From a virus, in the IMG/VR virus record IMGVR_UViG_3300022916_000637: DNA of 33,570 nucleotides. One strand, 5' to 3'. Below, piece after piece: positions 1 through 8,497 of this stretch. A program made the position numbers and the translations under genes. The notes under the pieces are model-generated. The model saw only the letters and a list, made by a program, of their open reading frames with translations, was not told where the DNA came from and did not search any database. Positions within the stretch are counted from its first letter, which is position 1. Every line of letters begins with the position of its first letter.

Positions 1-153
1 CTTGAAAAAGATGAAGAAATTCGAACTATAAGATTTAAGATATTTAAAAATCATCTTAATTTAGAGGATTTATTGTGTAGAGCAATACATGAACAAGATG
101 AAGATTCGCTTGATAAACTCACAACTGATGTTATTAATATTGAAGAAATTTAA
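1..153 (+). CDS. 3' end of a hypothetical protein entering from upstream of the window
   Basis: Frame 1 is open from base 1 (LEKDEEIRTIRFKIFKNHLNLEDLLCRAIHEQDEDSLDKLTTDVINIEEI) to TAA at 151-153. Confidence 0.6.
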   Translation, partial: LEKDEEIRTIRFKIFKNHLNLEDLLCRAIHEQDEDSLDKLTTDVINIEEI

Positions 154-271
154 TTATTTCTACCAGTTCACCGTGTAGACATATACATATTTGCAGACAC
201 ACAATGTAACGGGTTCAGAGTCTGGGGATTTCAATGCTATTTCGCCCTTCCTTTATATACGTTTAGATGTT

Positions 272-305
272 AGCTTCCACGTATGACTCGAAACGGAAGC
301 TTTTA
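272..305 (+). terminator. Probable intrinsic terminator
   Basis: AGCTTCC (272-278) and GGAAGCT (295-301) form an inverted repeat followed by a T run. Confidence 0.45.
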
Positions 306-331
306 TTTAAAAATTAATATAGGAGTAATGT

Positions 332-985
332 ATGTTAAATATATTAACAGTTGATCATGTTGACAATTTGGTATATCCTCCAATAGGTTCTGAGTTTTTA
401 AACATGGAAGAATATTCTCAAATTCACGATATTATTTTAAAACAGCTGCAAGATCTGGATAATTTAGGTGTAAATTTACTTAAAGATATCGAAGAAGGTG
501 AAATCAAAAATAAGATTTATCATGATATTATTGATTACACCAAAAACAATTATTTAGTTATCCCAAATAAAGATTATATAATGAATGATGAAGAATTATC
601 TCAAACAGCAAATCTATTATATCAATTTCTTTGTGTTGATGGATTTAATGTTATCATTCCTAGAATATTAGAACAGACTAATATACAATCAATAGAAGGT
701 TTTGATCGGTTACTTTTTCATAATAAAAATGATCGAAATTATATCAAAAAACACATAATGAATAATCTATCAGCAGCAATCAATATATTATTAAAATTAC
801 AAAAATTTGCAGAGCTTACTGATGATGAACCATACAAAGAACTAGTTAGTAGATTTGGTAATTATTTAGAATTAATTGATTTCAGTGATTGTGAGATGTT
901 TACAGAAAACTATTTAAGACCAATATTAAGTAAATATTTTGCACAAATACTATGGAGAACTCTTTCACCAGTTAGTGTTAATTAA
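332..985 (+). CDS. Hypothetical protein (217 aa)
   Basis: Long ORF with AGGAG RBS at 321-325; no recognisable motif. Confidence 0.8.
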   Translation: MLNILTVDHVDNLVYPPIGSEFLNMEEYSQIHDIILKQLQDLDNLGVNLLKDIEEGEIKNKIYHDIIDYTKNNYLVIPNKDYIMNDEELSQTANLLYQFLCVDGFNVIIPRILEQTNIQSIEGFDRLLFHNKNDRNYIKKHIMNNLSAAINILLKLQKFAELTDDEPYKELVSRFGNYLELIDFSDCEMFTENYLRPILSKYFAQILWRTLSPVSVN

Positions 986-1015
986 GTAGATCTAGTATAG
1001 GAGGCTAAAGTAAAT

Positions 1016-1126
1016 GTGGAATTTTTAGAAAGTATATGGGGTTTTGCAGTTAAATTATTTGAGTTCACAATACTTATTGGTGTGGTTACACTAATAGCTA
1101 TGGTATTTAACCGAAGGAATAGATAA
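1016..1126 (+). CDS. Small single-pass membrane peptide (36 aa, GTG start)
   Basis: Manual translation MEFLESIWGFAVKLFEFTILIGVVTLIAMVFNRRNR; AGGAGG at 999-1004; hydrophobic core with basic tail. Not in ORF track. Confidence 0.55.
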   Translation: MEFLESIWGFAVKLFEFTILIGVVTLIAMVFNRRNR

Positions 1127-1144
1127 TAGATTTGGAGTGTGCGT

Positions 1145-1267
1145 ATGGAAATGTTTTTAAATTTTATCGGTGGCATTGTTGAATTCATAGTAATCGGCAT
1201 AGTATTTATTATTGCTATACTAGCAATAACCAGTCGAGGAGACAACAAAAGAGAATCCCGATATTAA
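1145..1267 (+). CDS. Small single-pass membrane peptide (40 aa)
   Basis: Manual translation MEMFLNFIGGIVEFIVIGIVFIIAILAITSRGDNKRESRY; GGAG upstream. Not in ORF track. Confidence 0.6.
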   Translation: MEMFLNFIGGIVEFIVIGIVFIIAILAITSRGDNKRESRY

Positions 1268-1312
1268 AATCGTTTCCATAAGTTCTTAATAACTAAGTAG
1301 ACGGAGAATATA

Positions 1313-1729
1313 ATGGGCGAATTAACACAAGAGCAAAAAGTAGAAGTGGATAAGTATCTTGAAGAACTTATTGGAAAATATGTTGAGTATAAATCTCAAG
1401 AAAATCATTTTAAAAATTTATGTAAAGAAATATCAAATGAAGTTGATGAAACATTACATGATATCAAACAAAACTCAATAAAAGTATACATTTCTGCTAT
1501 TGATAAAACTTACGAAGCAAAATATGTTGATCGTAAAAGTAAGAAAGTTGATCATACAGCTTTAGCAGAAGTATTATCTGACGAGATGTATAGTCATGTT
1601 ATACAAGAGTCTGAAGTTACTTACCTTCAAATTCGTAAAGCTGCAATGACAAAAGGTACAAAAAGAGAAAAACCTGTTAAAGAAAAAAAGAGCAATAACT
1701 TGAGTATGCCAGTTGGTACATTTAAATAA
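1313..1729 (+). CDS. Hypothetical protein, helical N-terminus and basic C-terminus
   Basis: 138-aa ORF with GGAG RBS. Confidence 0.75.
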   Translation: MGELTQEQKVEVDKYLEELIGKYVEYKSQENHFKNLCKEISNEVDETLHDIKQNSIKVYISAIDKTYEAKYVDRKSKKVDHTALAEVLSDEMYSHVIQESEVTYLQIRKAAMTKGTKREKPVKEKKSNNLSMPVGTFK

Positions 1730-1749
1730 TCTTTGTGGAGGCACAAACG

Positions 1750-2058
1750 ATGACAGCTAAAAAAGAAAGTAAAAGTAATACAGATCTGGTAAAAAATAAA
1801 GATCAATTAAAATCGTCAGCAGAGAAAACATTAGATTTTCTAACAAACATTGTTGATTTAAGTTCTAGTACTGCGGAATATACTCTAAAAAGATTAACTC
1901 CAGTTATTAGTCAAACAGTTATTGAAGAAGAACTTAAAGGTATAAACACATCTGAATTTCCGCCTCTTTTTCAAGATATATATTCCCTAGTTAGTAAAAT
2001 CGAAAAAAATCTTTATGAAATACAAAACACTCTATCAAGAGTCGAGGTTAATTACTAA
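1750..2058 (+). CDS. Hypothetical protein
   Basis: ORF track 1735-2058; ATG 1750 preferred because GGAGG lies at 1737-1741; TAATG overlap with queC. Confidence 0.7.
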   Translation: MTAKKESKSNTDLVKNKDQLKSSAEKTLDFLTNIVDLSSSTAEYTLKRLTPVISQTVIEEELKGINTSEFPPLFQDIYSLVSKIEKNLYEIQNTLSRVEVNY

Positions 2059-2729
2059 TGTCAGATAGTTTTGTAGTAGCTTTATCGGGAGGATTAGATA
2101 GTACTACACTTTTAGCCATTTTATTCGATCAATCATTTCATCAATCAGACAGTATTAGATGTGTCGGATTTGAATATGGATCTAAACATAATAAATATGA
2201 AATTGAAAGTGCAAAAAAAATTGCTAAACATTATGATGTAGAATACAGTTTAATAGATTTAAGAAATGTTGGAAAATTACTTAAATCTAATTTACTATTG
2301 TCTGGTGGTGAAATACCTGAAGGACATTATAATGATGCAACAATGTCACAAACAGTAGTACCTGGTAGAAATTTAATGTTTGCTAGTATTTTAGCCGGTT
2401 ATGCTGAAAGTATTGGATTTAATAGAATTGCATTAGGTGTTCATAAGGGAGATCATGAGATCTATCCAGATTGTCGTAAGGAATTTGTAAAAGCACTAGA
2501 TTCTTGTATCTACTTGTCAACTGATAAAAGTGTTGAAGTTTACACACCATTAATTGATATGGATAAAATTGAGATTGTTCAAGAAGGTCTTGATTTGGAA
2601 GTTCCATATCATCTTACACGTACATGTTACAAAGATCAAGAAAGATCTTGTGGTGTTTGTGGATCATGTGTTGAGCGTCTTGAAGCATTTAAATTAAATA
2701 ATGTTAAAGATCCAATTGAATATGAATAA
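2058..2729 (+). CDS. queC: 7-cyano-7-deazaguanine (preQ0) synthase QueC
   Basis: SGGLDS PP-loop, VPGRN, YPDCR and C-terminal Zn site TCY-x6-CGVCGSC-ERLEAF, all typical of QueC. Confidence 0.95.
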   Translation: MSDSFVVALSGGLDSTTLLAILFDQSFHQSDSIRCVGFEYGSKHNKYEIESAKKIAKHYDVEYSLIDLRNVGKLLKSNLLLSGGEIPEGHYNDATMSQTVVPGRNLMFASILAGYAESIGFNRIALGVHKGDHEIYPDCRKEFVKALDSCIYLSTDKSVEVYTPLIDMDKIEIVQEGLDLEVPYHLTRTCYKDQERSCGVCGSCVERLEAFKLNNVKDPIEYE

Positions 2730-2744
2730 AAACAGGAGTATAAA

Positions 2745-3179
2745 TTGTACGAAATTGAAAAGAAATTTACATTTGAAGCAGCACATGTATTAAAAGGATT
2801 AGGAGAAAACCATCCATGCTCAACTATACATGGTCATTCATATAAATTATATGTTAAAATTTCTAGTGAAGAATTAGATCGAAATGGTTTCATAATTGAT
2901 TTTGGAGAATTAAAAACATTTCAAAAAGAATTAATTGATTCATTTATTGATCACTCTGTAATCATTACTAGAGATACTGTTATTGATGTTAATTGTTCTA
3001 AAGTATATATTATGCCAAAAGAATATACTAACACAACTGTCGAGAACATGTGTAAACACTTTCTAGATCTATTATTAGAATTTTTTAAAGATATAAAATT
3101 TGATAATTTTTATAAAATTCGTATAAAGATGTTTGAGACTGAAAATAATAGTGGGTCTTATACATACATTAAAAACTAG
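2745..3179 (+). CDS. queD: 6-carboxy-5,6,7,8-tetrahydropterin synthase QueD
   Basis: F-EAAH-L, C-x3-HGHSY, IDFG-LK, DH and T-VEN motifs; TTG start after AGGAG; adjacent to queC. Confidence 0.92.
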   Translation: MYEIEKKFTFEAAHVLKGLGENHPCSTIHGHSYKLYVKISSEELDRNGFIIDFGELKTFQKELIDSFIDHSVIITRDTVIDVNCSKVYIMPKEYTNTTVENMCKHFLDLLLEFFKDIKFDNFYKIRIKMFETENNSGSYTYIKN

Positions 3180-3186
3180 TAATATT

Positions 3187-3223
3187 AACTCCCGGAAGGT
3201 CATTAGATCTTCTGGGAGTTTTT
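3187..3223 (+). terminator. Intrinsic terminator after queC-queD
   Basis: AACTCCCGGAAG ... CTTCTGGGAGTT stem (one G-U pair) followed by Ts. Confidence 0.75.
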
Positions 3224-3231
3224 AACAATTA

Positions 3232-3432
3232 ATGGAGACAAAAATTATGATAACTGCATCATGTTTTACAAATATAGAAGAATATGAATTATTAGAGTGG
3301 CCTGAAGTTTTTGTAAATGTACCAAAAATAGGAACTTTAGTGAAATCAAAAAATGGAAACTTTTTAGAAGTTGGTCAATTGACTTACGATTTTGACGGGA
3401 AACTTTGGATTGAATTACGAGAGATAAAGTAA
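3232..3432 (+). CDS. Hypothetical protein (66 aa)
   Basis: ORF track; stop overlaps the next start (TAATG). Confidence 0.6.
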   Translation: METKIMITASCFTNIEEYELLEWPEVFVNVPKIGTLVKSKNGNFLEVGQLTYDFDGKLWIELREIK

Positions 3433-3602
3433 TGAAATTTAAAGATTTAAAAAAAATTATTGTTTTTAATGATGATTTTGGTATTAAAGATAGAAAAGAC
3501 ATTCAAAATATATTAATTGAATTAGAATCAATAACTGATGAGTGTAAACATGAACAGTTTCTTGAAGTTGATGACTTTGGAGATATTCATTTGAGGGATT
3601 GA
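3432..3602 (+). CDS. Hypothetical protein (56 aa), paralog of 3732-3941
   Basis: Manual translation MKFKDLKKIIVFNDDFGIKDRKDIQNILIELESITDECKHEQFLEVDDFGDIHLRD; shares IL-x2-L-x-SIT-x-EC...LE...I-x-L-x-D with the downstream ORF. Confidence 0.65.
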   Translation: MKFKDLKKIIVFNDDFGIKDRKDIQNILIELESITDECKHEQFLEVDDFGDIHLRD

Positions 3603-3612
3603 TAAATCTTAA

Positions 3613-3674
3613 AATTACTCCCATTATATTTTGGGGGTAATTCATATTTTTTCGTTTTATATATAGAAATAATA
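3613..3674 (+). promoter_or_regulatory. Terminator hairpin + TATAGAAATAATA putative promoter, copy 1
   Basis: Stem AATTACTCCCA/TGGGGGTAATT (3613-3642), T-rich spacer, TATAGAAATAATA at 3662-3674; the same unit recurs five times between genes. Confidence 0.7.
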
Positions 3675-3695
3675 TAGTAAAGTCTTTTTTATATT

Positions 3696-3719
3696 TCTAA
3701 AACGTAGGGCGCGATCTAG
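3696..3719 (+). promoter_or_regulatory. TCTAAAACGT-N6-(A/C)GATCT leader motif, copy 1
   Basis: TCTAAAACGTAGGGCGCGATCTAG directly before the RBS/ATG of 3732; matches copies at 19527, 19729 and 19935. Confidence 0.6.
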
Positions 3720-3731
3720 GAGGAAAAACAA

Positions 3732-3941
3732 ATGCAATTCGAAAAACTTAAGGAAACTGTTTTATTTAAAGATGCTGAAACTAGTATAAAAATGAAAATA
3801 TATGAAATCAGAGGTATTTTAAAAGATTTAACATCAATAACTAATGAATGTGAAAATGATGAAGCATATCTTGAATTCACACAAAATGAACAAATCGAAT
3901 TGTGTGATTTTAATGATTCTTCTAATTCCATTTGTATTTAG
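3732..3941 (+). CDS. Hypothetical protein (69 aa), paralog of 3432-3602
   Basis: AGGAGG RBS; similarity to the upstream 56-aa ORF. Confidence 0.7.
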   Translation: MQFEKLKETVLFKDAETSIKMKIYEIRGILKDLTSITNECENDEAYLEFTQNEQIELCDFNDSSNSICI

Positions 3942-3958
3942 GAGAGGAGATTAATCAA

Positions 3959-4270
3959 ATGACTCCGAATGTTAAGTGCCCTAATTGTGGTAAAGTAGGA
4001 TGTGTACAAATATCAGGATTCGCTAGTGAATTGGCAACCAGAGAAAAGTACTGTAGGTTCTGTAATGAAAAATTTTATGTTCATATAATTACAGCTACTT
4101 CAAAAGAAAAAGAAATACGTGATGGTAAAGTTAGTGAACTTAAAGAAAAAATAATAAGATTGTCTAAGAAAAGAAAAAAGATTTATAAAGAATTATTTAT
4201 TATGTGTGAAGGAAATATGAGTCTTATAGAAAAAGCTTCGCGAATAATTGGATATGCACAAGGAGAATGA
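3959..4270 (+). CDS. Zn-ribbon protein
   Basis: CPNC ... CRFC pairs; ATG 3959 follows GGAGAGGAG (track start 3932). Confidence 0.7.
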   Translation: MTPNVKCPNCGKVGCVQISGFASELATREKYCRFCNEKFYVHIITATSKEKEIRDGKVSELKEKIIRLSKKRKKIYKELFIMCEGNMSLIEKASRIIGYAQGE

Positions 4271-4271
4271 T

Positions 4272-4652
4272 ATGGATTTTGAAAAAAATATGAATATTCT
4301 CAAAAAGAACATGTATATTAAAGATGATACAAATGAAAAAGATTTAATAATTCTTGCAATGCCGGATATGATATTGTATGGTTTTGTTCATGAAATAATA
4401 AGAGATCAAGCTGTAAAGACTGGTACTTGGTGGCATGTAACATTTACAATACTATCTGTACCTTTACTTACTACTACATTAATCATGAGAACAGAACAAA
4501 TGACTGGTCAAGAAACATTCACTGTTAATGGTGAAGATAGATTTTTTGCTGCTCTTGATACTGATAAATTACATCAAGAGAAAATACCTTTAAAAGAAAA
4601 ACCTAAAGCTAAAACTGTTAAAAAGAATCCATTTACTCTAGTTAAAAAATAA
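4272..4652 (+). CDS. Hypothetical protein
   Basis: Track ORF 4248-4652; ATG 4272 follows AGGAG at 4261-4265. Confidence 0.7.
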   Translation: MDFEKNMNILKKNMYIKDDTNEKDLIILAMPDMILYGFVHEIIRDQAVKTGTWWHVTFTILSVPLLTTTLIMRTEQMTGQETFTVNGEDRFFAALDTDKLHQEKIPLKEKPKAKTVKKNPFTLVKK

Positions 4653-4661
4653 GGAGAAATA

Positions 4662-4925
4662 ATGGAAAAATTAGCCAGTGCAATAAAATTGGCAGTAAAA
4701 TTAAGAGAAGACTCTTTTGATCATAAACTAGCGCAATCTAAAGGACCTGGTTATGATTTTAGTAAATGTTATAAACTAACATTAAGAGAAGCATCAGACA
4801 AGGCAGCTACATTTGTATCTGTTGGGTTTGATACTAAAGGAATAAATCCTATATATTTACTTCTTAGAAGTTATTTGAATGAATCTTTAGATTGGGCTGA
4901 TAAATTTGAAGAAGAAAAATCATGA
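4662..4925 (+). CDS. Hypothetical protein (87 aa)
   Basis: AAGGAG RBS; ORF track. Confidence 0.7.
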   Translation: MEKLASAIKLAVKLREDSFDHKLAQSKGPGYDFSKCYKLTLREASDKAATFVSVGFDTKGINPIYLLLRSYLNESLDWADKFEEEKS

Positions 4926-5232
4926 AATGTTTGAAAAAATCAGTTTTATTTTAGGAGAATTAAAAATGGAAGAAAGATTACCACATAATTTTATTACTAA
5001 TTACAAACAGTGGTTAGAATATCAAGAAATTGTGAAATTTGATAATGACGAATTTCATTTAGTTCAAGAGATTCTTTCCCTACAAATAGCTCTTTATCTA
5101 TTAAGAAGAACAAATATAGTTGATAGTTCTCATATAGATTGTTTTTATAAAATAATATTTGAAAAGAAAACAGAATATTCAAGAATAATGGAGAAAAACT
5201 ATATTGATGTTAATGAAACTATTGATTTTTAA
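4906..5232 (+). CDS. Hypothetical protein (true start possibly ATG 4927)
   Basis: ORF track; fills the gap in the + strand gene run. Confidence 0.6.
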   Translation: MKKKNHEMFEKISFILGELKMEERLPHNFITNYKQWLEYQEIVKFDNDEFHLVQEILSLQIALYLLRRTNIVDSSHIDCFYKIIFEKKTEYSRIMEKNYIDVNETIDF

Positions 5233-5258
5233 AATTAACCTTACAGGAGGAATAAATA

Positions 5259-5456
5259 ATGGAACAAACTCAATATAACGGAATTGAAAGAGAGCTTGAA
5301 GGAATAAATAATAAATTAAGCATTTTGATATCTTTACTAAAACCTTTAAAGAACATATCAGAAGATATTGAAATGTCTAAAGTATCACTCAGTAAAATGC
5401 TCAAGAAAGATAACTCGCCGTCTATTCATGTACCACAACCTAAAGTAATGTCATGA
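5259..5456 (+). CDS. Hypothetical protein (65 aa)
   Basis: AGGAGG RBS; ATGA overlap with the next gene. Confidence 0.65.
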   Translation: MEQTQYNGIERELEGINNKLSILISLLKPLKNISEDIEMSKVSLSKMLKKDNSPSIHVPQPKVMS

Positions 5457-6010
5457 AAACGATAAAATTAGATGGTAAAACTAAAGATCAAATAGCAAAT
5501 GTGATGCTTCAGTGTGGTACACCTAAACAACAGAAAGAATCTATTGAATATTGTACAATAAAAACTATTAATAATTATATCAAAATGAAACCTCAGATAA
5601 ATGTTGAAGGTTCTTTAAAAGATGATATTATAGATCTTGAGAAACTAGATATAGAAGATGGTACTATTATTATTTTAAAGGTTGATAGTGAAACCTATAA
5701 ATTTAAAGATCAAATATCTAAAAAATTAAGAATGATTTTAAAAGAATTAAGAAAGAAAATCTTCTTCTTTATTCTTAATCCAAATCAAGAAATATCAACA
5801 CTGAATCAAGAAGAAATGGAAAAATTTGGATGGATTCGTAAAGAAAAAGCAATTAGTGATTTTCGATTTCTATTATCTCTTATGCCTGAATGGACTAAAA
5901 TTGTACCTAGAAATTTAGATCCCACTTTTTATACAACTCTTACATACGAAGGTGATTTAGCAATAAAAGAAAGAGTTGATAAAATAAGAGAATTTGTGAA
6001 AGGTGATTAA
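5453..6010 (+). CDS. Hypothetical protein (185 aa)
   Basis: ORF track; coupled to both neighbours. Confidence 0.7.
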   Translation: MKTIKLDGKTKDQIANVMLQCGTPKQQKESIEYCTIKTINNYIKMKPQINVEGSLKDDIIDLEKLDIEDGTIIILKVDSETYKFKDQISKKLRMILKELRKKIFFFILNPNQEISTLNQEEMEKFGWIRKEKAISDFRFLLSLMPEWTKIVPRNLDPTFYTTLTYEGDLAIKERVDKIREFVKGD

Positions 6011-6547
6011 ATGATTAAAGATGGATATATAAATATACCTAAAGGATATTTCTGGTGCGACGAATGTCAAGCTCTTACTCCACATGATCAAGAAAAATCT
6101 CCTGAATATTCCTGGCAAGAAGATTATTATTATTGCAAAATTTGTGACAGTCAGATAGATTTTAATAATGATACTAATTGCCCTAAATGTGGATGGAATT
6201 ATTTACCATATTATGAATCTGTACCGAAACAAGATATTCAAGCACATCAACCAGGATGTCACTATATGGAGAATAGTATTGATGCTGAAGATATATGTTA
6301 TTCTCTTGGATACTCACATGCTGAAAATGTGTGGGATGAATTCATTAGAAGGAATTTTCAATTTAGAAATATAAAAGAGATAAAATGTTCTTGTCTAACA
6401 TATGAAATAATTACAGATCCCTATTGTTATGCCAGTACTGGAGGATATGGATCTGGAATGGAGTGTTATAATGATACTTGGTGGCATTTAGATATTCGTT
6501 GTCCAATTTGTGGTGAAAGATTTGAAATTGATGATAGTAGTTGTTAG
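6011..6547 (+). CDS. Cys-rich multi-Zn-finger protein
   Basis: CDEC, CKIC, CPKC, CSC and CPIC motifs in 178 aa. Confidence 0.7.
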   Translation: MIKDGYINIPKGYFWCDECQALTPHDQEKSPEYSWQEDYYYCKICDSQIDFNNDTNCPKCGWNYLPYYESVPKQDIQAHQPGCHYMENSIDAEDICYSLGYSHAENVWDEFIRRNFQFRNIKEIKCSCLTYEIITDPYCYASTGGYGSGMECYNDTWWHLDIRCPICGERFEIDDSSC

Positions 6548-6625
6548 GGAGAGGAATTATGAAAAATCTTACACTGTGAATAAAAATATCTACAATATGG
6601 TTTAACACGAAACCGAGGAGGAAGG

Positions 6626-6808
6626 ATGATGGACAGCAATTATAGAGACACGCATATAACAGATGATGATATGGGAGAAGGATACACTGAATTGATTAGT
6701 GAAGATGAATCAGAAGATGACCGAAGACAACGGCATAGTTGGGCCTTACTTGAACGGTTGCGTAAAGAAGAATGGAAGCAACGGCAGAAAATACATAGTC
6801 GTAAATAA
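6626..6808 (+). CDS. Hypothetical protein (60 aa; acidic N-half, basic C-half)
   Basis: GAGGAGG RBS; ORF track. Confidence 0.55.
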   Translation: MMDSNYRDTHITDDDMGEGYTELISEDESEDDRRQRHSWALLERLRKEEWKQRQKIHSRK

Positions 6809-6830
6809 ACACTGAGGGTAATAAAGAATT

Positions 6831-6968
6831 ATGAAAAATCTTATACCATTACATTGTGATCTATCACTTATGGATATACGAACAGAAAATATTAAAGCTA
6901 AGAAAAAGAAACTTAAAAAGATCAAGAAACGAAAAATAAGTAAATCTTCTCGTAAAAGAAATAGGTAG
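6831..6968 (+). CDS. Small, very basic peptide (45 aa)
   Basis: Manual translation MKNLIPLHCDLSLMDIRTENIKAKKKKLKKIKKRKISKSSRKRNR; not in ORF track. Confidence 0.5.
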   Translation: MKNLIPLHCDLSLMDIRTENIKAKKKKLKKIKKRKISKSSRKRNR

Positions 6969-6987
6969 GAGTCGTTAGGAGAAAAAT

Positions 6988-7302
6988 ATGTTCTGGAAAA
7001 AGAAAAAAATAATTAAAGAAGAATCTAAAAAAGAATTACCTAAACCAATTAAATATAAAGAAATATCAACTAACAATCTAATAATTCAAACTAAATCAAG
7101 TGATAAAATGTCATGGACTGTTAAACCTTGGGAAGGTACTATAAAAATAGAACCTTGGATAAAATTTTATATGTGGTTCTTTGGAAGATCTGGAGATTTC
7201 TTTGTAATGAAATTTGACACAGGGGAAACCATGATTAAACGTGATGAAATCATCACATTTACAGTATTCATAAGTACTAAAAAGGAGATAGATGATTCAT
7301 GA
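6988..7302 (+). CDS. Hypothetical protein (104 aa)
   Basis: AGGAG RBS; ORF track. Confidence 0.7.
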   Translation: MFWKKKKIIKEESKKELPKPIKYKEISTNNLIIQTKSSDKMSWTVKPWEGTIKIEPWIKFYMWFFGRSGDFFVMKFDTGETMIKRDEIITFTVFISTKKEIDDS

Positions 7303-7490
7303 AAAATGTATATTTAATTGTGCAAGCAAAAAATTATACTGATGGTTATCCCTTATCTGTTTTTAAGACAAAGAAAATTGCGGTTAAAAGGTGTAGACAA
7401 GATGGTTATAAATATTCCAAACAATATGATTTATGGTCAAACGAAACACATTGGCGAACAATCAACCGTATCGAGTTTTATGAGGAATAA
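7299..7490 (+). CDS. Hypothetical protein (63 aa)
   Basis: Overlaps both neighbours (ATGA, TAATG). Confidence 0.6.
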   Translation: MKNVYLIVQAKNYTDGYPLSVFKTKKIAVKRCRQDGYKYSKQYDLWSNETHWRTINRIEFYEE

Positions 7491-8497
7491 TGTTTGATGT
7501 AAATCAAATTCCACCGGTGCTAGAACATCTAAAACAAATATCTCCGAACATGTTCCGTGTGATACCTCAAGGAGAAATAATAATACATTGTCCGTTCTGT
7601 GATGATGCATTAAGAAAGAAAGCTTTAAATCACGGACACTTGTATATATCAACAACCATGCCAGTTTTTAGTTGTTTTAGATGTAATAGTAGTGGTACCT
7701 TGTTAAGTCTATTACTACAAACTGGATTCGATGATCAAGATGTTCTAAAATACATATCAAGTTTTATCAAAATTAACTTTACTAAAGATTATTTTCGGTT
7801 GCGTAATCAAACAAATCTCGCGCCACGTTTTAGTCACTTAAAGAAAGAGTTATTAAAATACACTTTAAATTTCAAAAAGAATTATTATAATCACTACATT
7901 AATTATAGAAATTATATTAACAAGAGATTAGGACCAGACGTAGATCCCTCAACATTTCTACTATCTCCATCACTATATAAGAATAATATATTGATGTGTA
8001 GATTCACGAATCATATTGGAGAGAACGTTTTATTAAGACATACAGATAATAATGTATCATATAATCAAAGATACATAGTTAATACGAATACAAGCAACTT
8101 ATACTATTTTCAAAACATCCATAACAACATTAACAAAATTACTATCTGCGAAGGACCATTTGATGTAATCAGTTTATATTTATATAACGACCTATTCAAA
8201 GACAATATTTTTATCAGTATTAATGGTAAAAATTATGTCAACAACCTAGAACGTTTAATTATTATGTACTATTTGATTGATGATTTGGAAATTAACATTA
8301 TTTTCGATAGTGATCATTATAATAAAAGTAGAAAGATTTTATTGATGTTAAAGAAAATAATACAAATTTATAACGGCAAGATCTGGATTAATGCGTTTAA
8401 ACCTTTAATCGGTAATGATGTTGCCGATTTTCCAGCAGTAGTAAAAATAGATTGGGAGACTAAGTATGAGTCAAAAGAGCATCACACTAGAGAATAA
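7490..8497 (+). CDS. DNA primase-like protein (N-terminal Zn finger + TOPRIM; DnaG/T4 gp61-like)
   Basis: HCPFCDD...H...FSCFRC Zn-binding domain; TOPRIM motifs ICEGPFD and IFDSD. Confidence 0.75.
   Translation: MFDVNQIPPVLEHLKQISPNMFRVIPQGEIIIHCPFCDDALRKKALNHGHLYISTTMPVFSCFRCNSSGTLLSLLLQTGFDDQDVLKYISSFIKINFTKDYFRLRNQTNLAPRFSHLKKELLKYTLNFKKNYYNHYINYRNYINKRLGPDVDPSTFLLSPSLYKNNILMCRFTNHIGENVLLRHTDNNVSYNQRYIVNTNTSNLYYFQNIHNNINKITICEGPFDVISLYLYNDLFKDNIFISINGKNYVNNLERLIIMYYLIDDLEINIIFDSDHYNKSRKILLMLKKIIQIYNGKIWINAFKPLIGNDVADFPAVVKIDWETKYESKEHHTRE

Noticed and set aside
6168-6374. Alternative-frame + strand ORF nested in 6011-6547, and extended track starts (12063, 19535, 19903, 23453, 32847, 33244)
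   Set aside because: They overlap better-supported genes or regulatory motifs; downstream ATGs with AGGAG-type RBSs or stop-start coupling explain the genes better.
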